A DNA stretch of 63,874 nt, counting the filler, from Reticulomyxa filosa (lineage: Eukaryota; Protista; Foraminifera), in NCBI GenBank assembly GCA_000512085.1. It is 17 parts of 17 records of this genome, joined end to end, with 100 filler letters (N's around TTAATTAATTAA, not from the genome) between each part and the next. Parts side by side here need not be neighbours in the genome. Positions count along the whole stretch, not along the records: positions 49,519 to 50,535 come from ASPP01005746.1; positions 50,636 to 51,853 come from ASPP01012624.1; positions 51,954 to 53,179 come from ASPP01010054.1; positions 53,280 to 54,432 come from ASPP01004537.1; positions 54,533 to 59,247 come from ASPP01000924.1; positions 59,348 to 61,031 come from ASPP01013357.1; positions 61,132 to 62,410 come from ASPP01014109.1; positions 62,511 to 63,874 come from ASPP01021466.1; 9 more parts are not named here. One strand, given 5' to 3'. Numbering within the stretch: the first letter of the stretch is position 1; each line of letters opens with the position of its first letter. The position numbers and the translations under genes were made by a program. Below are positions 49,519-63,249 of the stretch, piece after piece. The notes beneath the pieces were generated by a model that saw only the letters and a list, made by a program, of their open reading frames with translations, did no database searches and had not been told where the DNA came from.

Positions 49519-50495
49519 ATAATCGACAAAACTTCGCTGGCGAAACATTTGACCAAAAATTGCGCAAACAAATTATATCGCTGTGGACCTCTTTTGAGAT
49601 AATCAATCAATCTCAGAGGCAACTTCTCTTCTGAATCGGTGGCGCCACTACTGGTACTGATGATTTCGATGGTGGTCGCAGGTGTCGAATTGGACGTGCT
49701 TGGGAGTTGGGGATGGATGCACCAACAAAGTCGTTTTTTATAAGGGTTGAGAGTGGCTTCCACTTGGTAAAACATCAAGTTTGGTGTAGCGCCATTGATG
49801 ATTGCGATAATCACGGAAAATCCATTAGCAACGACCAATGTACGAATAAAACTGCCTCGCGCTACAAGCATCAATGGAAACATTGCAAACACTACCAAAA
49901 TGGTGAATATCATCTCCAAACGAACTGCGATGATATCCTTAATCGTCAACGACAAAAGTATACTCAAACATCCGTATACGGATATCACCGAGAATAAGAT
50001 TGTCAAAACCTGTGTATACGATGACTCACTTAGAAACAGCCCACATAACAAAAATAATACCAGCACAAATACACTTGTAATTATAAAGTATCTTGACTTA
50101 GTACATACACCCTTCTCTGTCGTTGAACAATTACTTTTGCAAATAATTTTGTTATCCCAAATTTTGTTTTGTGTTCGCCACTTGCAGTACGTATAAAATG
50201 CTCGTGAAAATATCAAAAATACTGACGAGGCCGACGCAGACACTGCCAAATCCGCTATTTTGACGACGATGGTTGCATTCCACACGAAAACTTCAACAAC
50301 AAGTCTACAATAACTCGCTGTTGAAGCCAATAACCAACATGCTATCAATGCCATTGTCAACGTGTACCCTCGTGCGCGAATGGCAACGTGCTTTCTGTTC
50401 GTGTAAATGCCCCACATTGTCCACAAAATGATCAACCATGTTATTGGAAAAAAGACAATTCCAAAGATACCAACGACAAAATCCTCTGATTTCAT
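49519..50495 (-). CDS. 7TM-RGS-like protein (about seven TM helices followed by the start of an RGS domain); 3'-partial
   Basis: About 7 hydrophobic helices, HVAIRARG after TM1, then LIDYLK..QRYNLFAQFLVKCFASE, which resembles RGS helices alpha2-alpha3 (F..FL..EFS.EN). Confidence 0.7.
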
Positions 50496-50635
50496 AAGTC
50501 GGTACTCGTTAAAATTGCAAACTAAAAAAAAAAAANNNNNNNNNNNNNNNNNNNNNNNNNNNNNNNNNNNNNNNNNNNNTTAATTAATTAANNNNNNNNN
50601 NNNNNNNNNNNNNNNNNNNNNNNNNNNNNNNNNNN

Positions 50636-50858
50636 TTTTGTTGGATGAAATCACAATTCTTTCAAATGATTTTTAAAAAAATGGTGATTTCATCCAACAA
50701 AAAAAAAGTTATTAAAAAACAAATTTCATATTTAAAAACTACAAGATTTGTAGATATTTTTTAAAAAAATTAGGTCTAAATGTTGATTTTTCATGGAGAA
50801 AATCAATTATCATCATAAGATATCGTTTTATGCGTTTAGTTTTCTTTGCGACCTACTG
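50636..50858. mobile_element. MITE right half
   Basis: ttaggtctaaatgttg..catggagaaaatcaattatc...cctactg. Confidence 0.65.
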
Positions 50859-51381
50859 TGCAATAGTCGAAATTTCTAACTAAAATTTTTCTGTTGTCAG
50901 CATATTCTTTTTGTACGTTTTTCAGTTTTTGGTTTATTTATAAACAAATATTGTATTTTTATTTTTAAGACTATGTTAAATTAACTTACTAACTTGCATT
51001 TTGATTTATTTCTTAAAATCAAAAGATCACATAATGCTATCATATTGCAAAAACGTAATTGCTGTAAATGGGAAAAATTTCAATCTAACTGCAAAAACAA
51101 CTCCAATTTATTGGATTCAAGTGATCAACTAGTGCATCATTGCGATAAATGTGAAAAAAAGATAAATTTATCACATAATGACTTTTGTAACTCACTGGAT
51201 AGTCCTTGTCTATCATTATTTGCTAAAAAATTTAAGTGTTGAAAGCAAAGTAAAAACTATACAAATGGTTATTGTTGATAAGAGCGTTAAGACTATATCT
51301 TCAAAGATTAAGTATATTTTATTAGTATTTGCAATCCCTTGGTGCGGTCAAGCAAAAAAAAGTATAATATAATAATCGAGG

Positions 51382-51800
51382 ATGAGATCTTTTCGACCAA
51401 CTTCTCGTTTTTTGAAACTTTGGCCTCATCGAAATCCCAAGCGATTATTTTCACAATTTAGCCTTGGTCCAGATCTGCAACCGTTGCCACAGTCAGTTTT
51501 AAGCTATGAGTTTTTGGAATCGAATCCAGAAGAAGGCAGCAAAAAGAGTGAGAAGAAATTACCACTGGTGCTGACACATGGACTCTTTGGTCAGAAAAAC
51601 AATTTGAAAGGAATAGCTACGCGTGTGCAAAAGACATATGGTGTAAACAGGGATTGTGTGTTGATTGGACTTGCGAAACCATGGACGAAGTTTTCACTCC
51701 CCTGAAATGCAAATGGTCCAAATGGCAAATGACGTGATTGCGACCATGAAGCATTTGAACATCGATAAAGCTGTCTGGTGTGGACATTCGTTAGGAGGTG
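51382..51800 (+). CDS. ABHD11-like alpha/beta hydrolase with putative mitochondrial targeting peptide; 3'-partial
   Basis: Arg/Ser-rich N-terminus; PLVLTHGLFG, DLRNHGRS (after a frameshift at ~51666), MANDV and the nucleophile elbow GHSLGG. Confidence 0.85.
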
Positions 51801-51953
51801 CATTGTTTTGTTCATCCGGCAATATAACTATGTAAACTTTTTTTTTTTTTTTTNNNNNNNNNNNNNNNNNNNNNNNNNNNNNNNNNNNNNNNNNNNNTTA
51901 ATTAATTAANNNNNNNNNNNNNNNNNNNNNNNNNNNNNNNNNNNNNNNNNNNN

Positions 51954-51985
<32 letters not shown>

Positions 51986-52013
51986 ATTATTATTATCATT
52001 ATCATTATTATTA

Positions 52014-52054
<41 letters not shown>

Positions 52055-53089
52055 GTCACGGCTGTCATTGTTATTGCTATTGTTCATTAAAATATTGATC
52101 TTCACATAGCGTGAATAACTCGCCCCACTTTTTTGTGCTTGCACTTTTTTCTTTTTCGCACCTTTGTTTTTTCTCCTTCCTTTTTTCTCATCATCGTCAC
52201 TGTCATCATCATTATCCTCACCATTGTCATTGTCATTGTCAGTAGCATCCTCTTGCTCTTCTTCTTCTTCTTCTTCTTCTTCTTTTTCTTCTTCTTCTTT
52301 TTTCTCCCCCCTTTTTTTTTCTTCTTCTTGGTTGTGACCATTCCTTTCGTCCCCTTTGCTTTCCTCCTTGTTGTCATGAGCCACCAACAACGCGTCGCTT
52401 TCGTGGACGCGTCGAACCAACTGATAGTACTGCGTTTCGACGGGGCTATGTTTGCCGTCATTTGCCTTTGCGGCTTTGCAATCGGCCCACAGGATTTTCT
52501 TGAAGAACAACAAGTCGCCGAGCGAAAGGTACACAAAGTCGTCACGCGGAGACTTGGCACGAATCTTGCGGTCGACGTCCAAGTAATAGGTCAGCGGGGG
52601 GACATTACAAAGCTCGGTGAAGAATGCTTGGACCTTGGCGATTTCTTCAGCGATCAGGTCATTAAGCGATGCCATGAATGGTTCTTTGATCCCTCCCATG
52701 GTCTGGTTGCTGATGTTCTGTAATATCTTGGCGATCAATGTAAACCTTCTGCGAATCAGCTTGGCGTGCTTTGGGTTCAGTCTGGCTTGCTCGTGGCCAT
52801 AGATTTGGATCCGCGGGTTGAAGATCCTCAAAAACAAAAATCCTCCGAGCAGCGAATTTGCGATTTTGTCATTATCCTGCTCGTATGTTTTGCTCTTCGC
52901 TAACTCCATCAAATAGCTGCTCAGCAGACGCAAGCCAGTGGGATAGCTCTCCGCATTTGTGATTTGTGATATTATGTGTCGGATGAAGCCGCACAGTCGC
53001 TCTCGTCTCTCCGCACACAGCTGTTGGATTTTGGGATCATTGGGGTCTTTGATGTTTATCTCTTCTGAGTTTTCTACTTGAATAAGCAT
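51954..53089 (-). CDS. RasGAP-domain protein (IQGAP/GAPA/NF1-like), internal fragment
   Basis: YPTGLR, LLGGFLFLRIFNPRI, RRRFTLIAKILQNISN, KEPFMASLN. Confidence 0.88.
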
Positions 53090-53279
53090 GCCCTCCCATA
53101 CCTTTTTTTTTTTTTTTTTTTTTGAGGTTGAAAAATTTTTTTTTTTTTTTTTTTTGTGTGTATATGCGTGTACGTGGTGNNNNNNNNNNNNNNNNNNNNN
53201 NNNNNNNNNNNNNNNNNNNNNNNTTAATTAATTAANNNNNNNNNNNNNNNNNNNNNNNNNNNNNNNNNNNNNNNNNNNN

Positions 53280-54390
53280 ACTACTACTACTACTACTACT
53301 ACTACTGCTACTGCTGTTGCTGTTGCTGTTATGTGCTTCTTTCTGCTCTTTGCGCTCTTTGCGCTCTTTGCTATCATGAGGAATCACATCAATATCGATT
53401 CGAATCTCATGGATTTGCTCCAATAACTTTTCCTGCGTCATGAGACTTTTAACTCCATGCTCGACCTGATCTTGTCTCCACAGATGTCGATCGTCGTCAC
53501 CACCACCACCACTTTGACTGTGCTTGGTGCTGTTCGGAACATTCCAGGAACAAAGTTCCTGGAAACACTGCAAATTGGCATTGTCATCCAATTGCTGCTG
53601 CCACTCGAATTTGAACTTGTGCATCTCCTGATAGATTTGGTACGTAAAGATTTGTTCAATGTCTTGCCACACAAATGTGTGATTGGACATGGCTAGTCCT
53701 TTCCATTGACTTTGCATTTCCATCACCGCCATCATTTTCATATCAGTGGTATCATTCTTATTTTTATCCATATGTATGTCCATATCCATATCCATATCAA
53801 TGTCCATTTTTGATTCTTCTTTTTTCACATCCAAATCCAAATTCAACAACGACGGATCACACATTTCCCACCAAAGTAACAGGTCGGTATTGTCCACTAC
53901 GTACTCTTGTAACCATTGCCAATCGTTGGGTCTCTGCGCCAAAGTGTCGGAATGAAACAACAGCTCCTGACATTTTTGCACCATGGCGGTGGCGATTTCC
54001 TTTCGATCGAACAGCCAACAGAGATTGAGCACTTGATGACTGACAAGCTTGCGATCTTTGATCAGCTTTTTCATCGTCTTCATCAAGGCGTTCATCACCG
54101 TGGCCAACTCCTTCTCTGTCGTCTCTTGCTTCAAGTACTCCAACAGCTGCACGCTGGTGCTCTTCTCCTTGCGGTACTTTAATGCACTCTCTCTCATCTT
54201 CTCCTTGCTCTGGTCCACATACTTGGTCTCCACCAACACGCTTATCCCCGCTTTGTTCTTGTACATTATCGCCACCTCCAACGCCTTGTTCAAGTCCTCC
54301 TCGCTCCATTTCATCAGTCCCAACTCCAATAGATAGCATGCACATTTCACATTATTCCCAGACAACGGGCATACCATATGCGTCAACAGA
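53280..54390 (-). CDS. Hypothetical protein fragment, possibly with an ankyrin-like N-terminal segment
   Basis: Long open frame; GNNVKCACYLLELG and ALEVAIMYKN resemble ankyrin helices. Confidence 0.5.
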
Positions 54391-54401
54391 TCATACTTTT
54401 C

Positions 54402-54432
<31 letters not shown>

Positions 54433-55499
54433 NNNNNNNNNNNNNNNNNNNNNNNNNNNNNNNNNNNNNNNNNNNNTTAATTAATTAANNNNNNNNNNNN
54501 NNNNNNNNNNNNNNNNNNNNNNNNNNNNNNNNATTTTATTTGTGTGTTAGACACGCTGTTTAGAAAAGGATGCCATTGGTTTTCTTTGCTTTCGGGACTA
54601 ATTCTTCAAAGTCTTTTGTTCAATGTTACTGAACAACAATTTCTTACGTTAAGACGAAAGCTAACGCTAACAATATAAAAAATAAGTGTTTTCCATGAGA
54701 ATACCTCAAGAAAGGTGTCTCCTACTTTATGGCTAAAGAAACTAAGTTTTCGAGAAGGAGAAAACAAGAAACAACTTAAACGTAACAAGCGGAAAAAAAA
54801 AAGAAAGCAAAAAATTTAAATTGATCTTTTTTTTGAACACATACCAAATCCAGTTCACATCAGATTACAATTCACATAAACTTAAATCAATTTTTTAATG
54901 ATACACTATAACTTGAACAATATTTTTTTTTTGATGTTCAACAATTGATCATCTTTTCAAATATTAACAAATATCTTGACTTTTTTTTTTGCAATAAGTA
55001 CAAACAAATAATAATTTTTTAAATAATATTTTTCTTTGAAAAAAAATATATAAATATACTTTTATTGACTTGTTTTCATTATTACAATTACTCACAATTT
55101 GATTAATCGAATAACGAATAACAAATTTGCGGACGCGACAAATGATTTCTTTGTTGCTGGATAGCAAAATTTCCAATGTTTGTCACTGTTGATACGTGAT
55201 ATTTTTTTTTAAGAAGATATATGTACATATATATGTATATGTTAAAAGAAAGAAATTGCGTATATATTATAAATAAATATACTATGTATGGACAATAAAG
55301 TAGTTAATACAAGTCGTCATTTTTTTTTAATGCTCACTTATATCTTTTTTTAAACTATTTTTTTCACAAAATCTTTTTTAAATACCAAATCATAATAGTA
55401 TATATTCAAATATGTCCACATACATCATACACATAGATATATCACAATCAAGTATATTTAATGTTATAAACATTAAATCAATATCTTTTTAATTTTTTT

Positions 55500-56240
55500 T
55501 AAATACTTTGTTTTTTGTTATTGTCGTTACGACTGTCGCTGTTGTTGTTGTCGATATTGTTGTTGTTGTTAATGCTGTTGTTGTGGTACCACCGCTGTAA
55601 TTGTAGTTGTTGATGTTTCAACTGATGCAGTAGTTACTGATATTGTTATTGTTACAGTTGCTGATGTGGCGGTAATTGTGATTTGAAAGCTGTGAAATTC
55701 GCATATTGGCGTAGTATCTTAATTGATAATTACACAATATAAGATCTTCCTTTTGTGTGTAGTCAGAATTATTGTACGATACTTTTGTTCAACACATGGA
55801 GTACATTAACCTTTTTTGTGATTATGTATTGTCACTTCTTGTGGAAATTGTCAGTATAATATGTTCCACCAACTACTTATGTTGAGACTGCGTCATTGGT
55901 TCTGTTTGTGACTTATTGTTGGAATTTAGTCAATGTCAGTGTCTGCGATCTATGCTTAAATCTGTGCATTATTATGGCGACAGCAGCATACAATCATCAA
56001 CTATGATTTAGTGAGTATGTGTTTCAACAACATATAATATCTTTGAGTTGGAAGTAGTAATGTTGAAGTTGCATATTGGACATCGTCCACAACAACCCCA
56101 TGGATCAGTTGCACAAGTTACAACTAATGAAGTCCAATCACAAAGTCACTTGCCGATGTATTGCATACACTTCTTTCTTATAAGCTAACTGCCAATTGTC
56201 TTTGTGGTGGCATGTGCAACTGATTGTGTCATGTGGTTAT
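55500..56240 (-). pseudogene. Degraded gene for a secreted or surface protein with a Thr-rich stalk
   Basis: CDWTSLVVTCATDPWG-like segment and a poly-Thr tract, with many stops. Confidence 0.3.
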
Positions 56241-56939
56241 GCTTTTGCCATTTGCGACGGCATTGCAACCCCTTTTTCTTTTTTCCCAAACTTCAAGCAA
56301 TTCGTAACAATCACGTTTTGTTCACTAATTTTGTATTTCGTAAATTTGATTTTGTTTTTTTTGAGTGTTTTGATTGCAAAAAAAAGTAATACTTTTGAAA
56401 ATGTGGAAATATCTTTGAGATTGCTTACTTTACAAAAATTCATTTTGAACTTAAGAAATCTATAATTTACAAAAAAAAATTAACGCGAGTAACATCATGA
56501 TTCTTTCTATTTTTTTTGGAAACCTTACAAACAAGTTAATTTTCTATTTTGATAATAGACTCACAAATTGTAAAATCTTGTCAAGAAAAAATATATTACC
56601 ATCAACGGAAGTCCTCCCAAAAAAAACGCAGTAAGTGAGCATTCATGCACTCCCCTAAATAAATTTCGCTTGTTTTTATCTTTAATTTTTATTTGATTAT
56701 TTTTTTTTAGCTTCATTTCTTGAGCCAAGGATATGAGTACCCCCTCTCAAATGCCCTTGCAGTCACAAAAAAAACACAAGAGCCAGCAAAACAAAACATC
56801 GAACCATTGGCCAATTCACTCACAAGAAAACATCACACATCAAATGCACACTCACTGACTTCTTTGACCAATGCAAAATAAAAACAAAAGTTGATTTTTC
56901 CACCCTCTTTCTCTTTTTTATTTGTTGGCCTTGTATGCA

Positions 56940-59205
56940 TCATTTATTGTTTAGTAATTTTGCAAAAGAAAAAGGTTCAAAGGCACGGCCATCTCCATAA
57001 TAGAATTTGCTTTGAAATTCCACCCAATGCAATCGCAGGGCATGCAAGAAACATTCCAGCACATCCATAACCAATAAAACGCCTGCCGTGAACATGATGA
57101 ACATAAAACAGGAGGCCACGTTCATAACAACAGCAGTTGCTCCAGTGCCTGCCAGAGTTGATCGCAACGTTTTGCCAAAGAATACCTCCGACAGCTGAGC
57201 GTGAGCCAAACTCAATGCCCACAAGCGCAAGTATGAGGCAGTATTGGAAATGGTCCCCAACACGTACTCGATCGTGTGAATAAGTTGATGGATCACAATG
57301 TCGCCAAAAGATTCATGTTTGTGTCCTTGTCCGTGTGAATCCGATGCATGTGCATGAGAGTGCTCGGAATCTTCGTCATGTGTGGTTTCTGCGTGTTTTC
57401 TTCGGTAAATTCTTTTGTGGTGGTCATTTGAACCTCTGCGGAAGGATGTTCTTCGTCCTCCAAGAGCTCGTGTGAAGAGCTAAGATGTTTTAAGCGGTGT
57501 CGCAAAACGAGTGGCTTGACACACAACATTATCGGAATACTGAGAACCAACAAAAACAAAAAGGCCAATTGGAGCTTGGCTTGTCCCTGACTGCTCGAAT
57601 ATAGCTGGGCCGAAGTGTCAACGGTTCCAGGAGACAAAAACATTTTAATTAGTACGGTAATCAGCGAGGGGGTATCAGGCAAAGTGGACGTGCTCCAGTT
57701 TATGCACCATTTGTAAAAGATCATGAATACCATGTATCCAAAAAAGCACAACATGAATACAAGCTGTGGAACAAATTCGAACCAAACAGATAAATAATCG
57801 CCCTCTTGCAAGTGATTCGAGAGTTTCAAGAACAGCCCAAACGTCATTTGTGTAACTCCAATGATCACAGACAACTTCATTTTCAAACTGTTTGCAAACG
57901 CCAATTGGTTGTTCACTCCGCCCCAAGCCGGGTCAAGTCCAAATGCATACACGTTTCTTTGTATCATCACAGCGCGTCCATCGACTTCTCCGTGTTGCCA
58001 TTGCATGCTATTCCAGCCGTTGATCATAATGGACAAGCAATCGTTGTACACCAAGCCACAATAGGTGCCAAAGAATCCCATAAACAACAACACGTATCGT
58101 GCAGAATACAGGGGGCTCAATGCTGTCTTATTGATATCCGTCAGTTTTCCAATCACAAACAGCGACGATGCAAACAAAACAGGCAGCTTCCGTGGAAGAT
58201 GTCTCCATACATAACACCAAACAAAAAGGGAAACGTAATGATTGTTGGAATGGCCGGGTTGAATTCCTTGTATCTGGGAACACCGTACGTATCGACAATC
58301 TGTTGAAACGCCGCTGTCAACTCGTTTGTTTCAAAATACGTCGGGGGTTGTCTGTGTTTGGGAGACAATTCCGACATAAACCCTTGGCCTACTCCCTTGT
58401 CACGAACAACGCCTTCGAGTATCTGTTGGATACGTTCTTTTTGATCCGACGGACACCAGCCCTCTGCACGCAATACACTATTGCCCTGATGCGATCGAAA
58501 TCGGTTCATCGTGATGCGAATGCCTTGTTCTTGTGCCAAGGTTAACTTCCAGTCTTTCAGCTTTTCCGCCACGTCTCGCAACAATTGCATCAACAAATTT
58601 CTCGTCGCGGAATGTGCGCGCTTGTCTTCAGCCCGCTCGTTCTTTGCTTGTTCCAACAATACTTCGCGTGGAATTTCACTGTCCGACTCGTAACAGATTT
58701 GGATGTTCATGAATTGACACAGTCGTCGTAACGATCGTTGCAATTGGCTGCCCAAGAAAAACACGGCAAATACCATCGAGTCGGTGTTCGTTTCTTGAAA
58801 TCGGATCAATGAGTTGCCGCGACTGGTCAAGTATACTTGTCGTTCAAACGACACTCGTTGAGCTGCCGTCACGACTCCGGCTATGAATTTGAATGCCACC
58901 TCGTCTCCGCTTTTTTGACCATCTGTATCACAGCGTTATACACATACAATAAACAATGTATGCATAAATATATATTTATATACATACTTATGTATGCCCA
59001 ACATAAAATATTTGTTATACTTCAAACATGTAAAGAAAAACATTGCCCAAAAAGCATGGACTAATACTACTTTCAACAATATAATTTTTTTTTAATCCAC
59101 AAATATACTTTTTTTTTTTTTTAACCGTTGAGTTTTTCTTCGACTAACGCTCGTCGTTCTTGCGACAAAAATCCATCCATTTGGGTCAACACTTCCACCT
59201 TGGCC
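56940..59205 (-). CDS. V-type H+-ATPase V0 subunit a; 5'-partial
   Basis: [68 protein letters not shown] (essential Arg) and [16 protein letters not shown]. Homopolymer frameshifts at ~58175 and ~57400. Confidence 0.96.
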
Positions 59206-59399
59206 TGTTTTTACCACCCCCCCCCCAAAAAAAGGGGGAAAAAAAAANNNNNNNNNNNNNNNNNNNNNNNNNNNNNNNNNNNNNNNNNNNNTTAATTAAT
59301 TAANNNNNNNNNNNNNNNNNNNNNNNNNNNNNNNNNNNNNNNNNNNNCACGTCAAAAGCTAAAAAAAAAAAAAAATAAGTTTGAAATGAAACAAAAGGT

Positions 59400-60984
59400 A
59401 CGAAGTTCCAAGTGAAGATCCGATATGGAACGGACAGTATGGCGCAATGTACAGCTTGGCGTTGCAAAAGGGGAGCAGCAGCCTGCCTTATTACGACCAC
59501 AGATACAACCTAGGGATAGTAACATTGAAACACTTTGACGCGTATTCGTTGGAAAGCTACAATGGCACGACGCGTTACAACTTCAATGCAATTGTGTCGC
59601 CTTACATGTTTTCGGATACGTATTGGCCGGCATTCCGCATATCGGTGCAGCACGGAGGAGCCAAGGGAGTGATGTGTTCGTACAACTCAGTCAATGGCGT
59701 GCCCTCGTGTTGCAACAATTACCTGTTGAATCAAGTGTTGCGAAAAACGTGGGGATTTCAAGGATACATTGTGTCGGACAGCGGCGCCATTGAAGACATT
59801 TACACCTCGCACAATTACACGACGTCATTGGGACAAGCTGTGCAATTTGCACTCGAAGCCACGTGCGACATGGAGAGTTGCTTGGGCACCTCGTGTGGAG
59901 GCTTTGGAACGGACTACGGAACTAGCAGTGCTTATCAAAACTTGGCCCCTGGTCTTGTCTTGTCCGAGCAAATGTCTGAAAGTTAGTTACATGTTTGTTT
60001 TTTTTATTGAAAATATGAAATTATATAAATGTAAATATATATATAAATATATATATAAATATAAATATAAATATAAATGTAAATGTTTTTATTTATATTT
60101 ATATCATTTCATATTTATACATCTCTTTCACATTTTTTATTTTTTTTTTTGTAAAATAGCAATCGTCGATAATGCATTGAAAAACACATTGAAATTGCGA
60201 TTTGAATTGGGACTTTTCGATCCGATTAGCAACCAGCCTTATTGGAAAGTTCCCGGAGGTATCGTCGGCAGTCAGCCTATTCGAGAATTGAATGAATTTG
60301 CTGCGAAACAGACAATGTGAGTTTCCCCTACTTTGACTTGTTATCACAAAATAAATCTTTCAAATTTTTTTTTTTTTTTTTTTAAAAAAAAAGGAACTCT
60401 TTTGAAGAATGATAACAACACGCTGCCGTTTGATTCAACCGGACCACTTACTCTTGCAGTCATCGGTTTAGTTTCAAATTACTTTTGGTTTTCATCTCGG
60501 ATCAACACAAAGGTCATCGTCTTTGCTTTTTTTTTTTTGCGTGTTGCAAACAAATACAGGGCCTCATTACAACGCCTCGCTGGCATTGTTAGGCGCTTAC
60601 ACAGGACAGGTCTGCCATTTGGAAGGCAGCTACGCTTGTGTTCCTACGGTGTTGGATGCATTCGAAGCGCGCTACACTGCCGTTGGACAAAATGTGGTTT
60701 ACAGCGAAGGTTGCGATGTATTATGCAACTCGAGTGCAGGGTTTCCGGATGCGTTTGAGGTGGCGTCAAAGGCAGATGTGATCGTGTTGATGATGGGAAT
60801 TAACACGCAACAAGTGGAAATGGAAGGCCAAGATCGAGTCAGCATTTCTTTGCCTGGCTTACAATATGATCTCGCAATGCAAATATGCTTGATGAATAAG
60901 CCGACTGTCTTGGTTTTGATCAATGGAGGCATTGTCGCAATTGACCATTTGAAATACATATGTCCTGCCATTTTGGAAGCATGG
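59400..60984 (+). CDS. Glycoside hydrolase family 3 (beta-xylosidase/glucosidase-like), internal fragment
   Basis: KHFDAYSLESYNG, VMCSYNSVNGVPSC, WGFQGYIVSDSGAI (nucleophile Asp), LLKND..LP, EGQDR..I.LPGLQ. Confidence 0.93.
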
Positions 60985-60994
60985 TTATTCCCCC

Positions 60995-61031
<37 letters not shown>

Positions 61032-61131
61032 NNNNNNNNNNNNNNNNNNNNNNNNNNNNNNNNNNNNNNNNNNNNTTAATTAATTAANNNNNNNNNNNNN
61101 NNNNNNNNNNNNNNNNNNNNNNNNNNNNNNN

Positions 61132-61158
61132 GTGTTCAGTTTTTTTTGCAACCTACTG
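61132..61158. mobile_element. MITE right terminus at contig start
   Basis: ...ttttttgcaacctactg|ta. Confidence 0.5.
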
Positions 61159-61414
61159 TATCATGTTGAATAAATTGAAATGTATTTAAATCAATACACT
61201 AATATTTTTTTCCCAATAAGTGAAAAATAATAAATTATTGTTTCTTCCACCAATCACCGCACACGCTCCTTCATAATCGTGATTTTTATCTTTTCGATGA
61301 GTTTCAATATACAATGTCCCGTTAATTCAACATCACTTGGATATTCACATATAAACTTGTATTTATCTAAATATATGACACAGATATTTGAAAGCAATAT
61401 GACAAACACATATA

Positions 61415-61727
61415 CAGTAGAATGCAAAATAAAGTTTACACCTTATATAGATGATTGATTTTCTTCATGAAAAAACAACATACAGACCTAATTTTTTAAA
61501 CAAGATCTACAAATCGTGTACTTTTTAAATATCATTTTGGTTTTTTATTTCGTGCATGTGCCGTAACCATGAAATTTGCCAACTTTTTTTAAAGCATTTT
61601 CATAAAGTACTATGCGTAGATTTTTTTTAAATAAATAAATTATGTCTAAATGTTGTTTTTTCATGAAAAAAATCAATCATCTCTATAATGTGCCGTTTTA
61701 TATGTTAACTTAATTTGCATTACACTG
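61415..61727. mobile_element. Complete Tc1/mariner/pogo-type MITE with TA target-site duplication
   Basis: TA|CAGTAGAATGCAAA...TTTGCATTACACTG|TA, with about 100-bp imperfect inverted arms and no ORF. Confidence 0.85.
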
Positions 61728-62510
61728 TATAACAGTTACCAAATCAAAAATATTACATGATATTAGTCTAAAAATATCGAATTTTTATATTACAACGCGG
61801 AAAAATTGAAATACAAATAATTTTGAAAGCAGACTTTAAACATGAAGCAATTAGATTACAAAAAGGTCAATCTGATTAAATCAATATTTAATCTTATTAC
61901 AAATTACCTTCGTATTCGACTTTTGAACAAAGCATATTTTAGCAACAAAATATGCTAATATGCACATCCACAAAAATTACAATACATTATTGAATAATCT
62001 AAGTCTACAATAACAATAGCAAAAAAAAAGTACGTCGAAAAAATATTACAACACATGAGAAACGAATAATAATTGCGATTTGTAAAATAACAAGCCAACA
62101 AAATCGATCAGATAAATGCTACGTAACACTTATATTCAAATGGAGGACAATCACCCGCTAAACGCTTTGATTACACAAAAAATTCATTTATTGAGGAATA
62201 CTTATTTCCAGTACTCGCCTTCATAGAATAAAAAAATATCTACAAATAGAACAAAAACATTTTTTTTTGTCCATTTAAGAATTTCGTATACGTCACTTAG
62301 ACGAAAAACAGTGCATTTAAAAAAAGAATGTCACATTCGGGTATATTTTATCATCAAAAATAACTAAAAATACAGTAAGATAAAAAAGAAAGTTGATACC
62401 TAAAATGCCANNNNNNNNNNNNNNNNNNNNNNNNNNNNNNNNNNNNNNNNNNNNTTAATTAATTAANNNNNNNNNNNNNNNNNNNNNNNNNNNNNNNNNN
62501 NNNNNNNNNN

Positions 62511-62707
62511 GGTCAGTTTGCAGTGGATTGCAATCGTGTAATATCACTTTTGAGTCTACCGAACTCTTCCATCAAATCGATTATCTTTTGTTGCGGCTGG
62601 TAATTTTCCTCCTCCCATTTCTTCTTTTCTTTTTTCATCATTTCTGCAAATTTTGCTTGTGCTTTATCCATTTCTTTCTTGTGTTTTTGCAACGCGTCTG
62701 TATACAT
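62511..62707 (-). CDS. Coiled-coil exon fragment
   Basis: DALQKHKKEMDKAQAKFAEMMKKEKKKW... open to the contig edge. Confidence 0.35.
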
Positions 62708-63249
62708 TTTTTTTTTTTTTTGAAGTAGTTTGGAGGCAGAAAAAAAGATGGGGTGAAGTCATCAACATGACATATCTTTGCTAAACGAACAAAACTTTGC
62801 ATTTTGAAAATACTATGTATATTGTGAATTTTAAGCAAGTTAGTACATATATTTCGTGCATTCAATGAAATTAGTTATGATTATATATTTGATAGTCCGA
62901 ATTACCAAAAAAAAGAAAAGTCAAGTCGCAATCGATAAAGAAGAAATCTGAATATTAAATGAAATGAAATAGAAATAAATGTGGCCACAATGTTGGACAG
63001 AATACATTTGAAACTAGTATAAACTTTATCAAGATATCCAATTTTTTTTTTTCTCATAGAGAAAAATGCCAATCTTTGCAAGATTCACGTTGGAATATAC
63101 TTTTATTTCATTTCTCATTTGTAATATAGTAAGCTAGTGATTTTATTTGGAGCACAAACTCCGCAATCAAAGCGGATTCAAACAGTACTCAGTGAATCAA
63201 GTTTCACAAAGACAGCATTATTATTTGGATAACAAGATACTTTGCAAAA

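Noticed and set aside
51290-51360. Thioredoxin/PDI active site (FAIPWCGQ)
   Set aside because: The second Cys is missing and the surrounding frame is broken; at best a relic.
6550-58180. Programmed frameshifting or RNA editing in VSR (~6556), ABHD11-like (~51666), V-ATPase a (~57400, ~58175) and kinesin (~38925)
   Set aside because: Each is a 1-nt gain or loss at or near a homopolymer run in an otherwise conserved gene, the pattern of pyrosequencing error. Raw reads would settle it.
15726-62510. Recurrent TTAATTAATTAA motif as a biological repeat or CRISPR-like array
   Set aside because: It is always centred in 88 Ns, so it is an artificial concatenation linker. Gene neighbourhoods across these spacers are meaningless.
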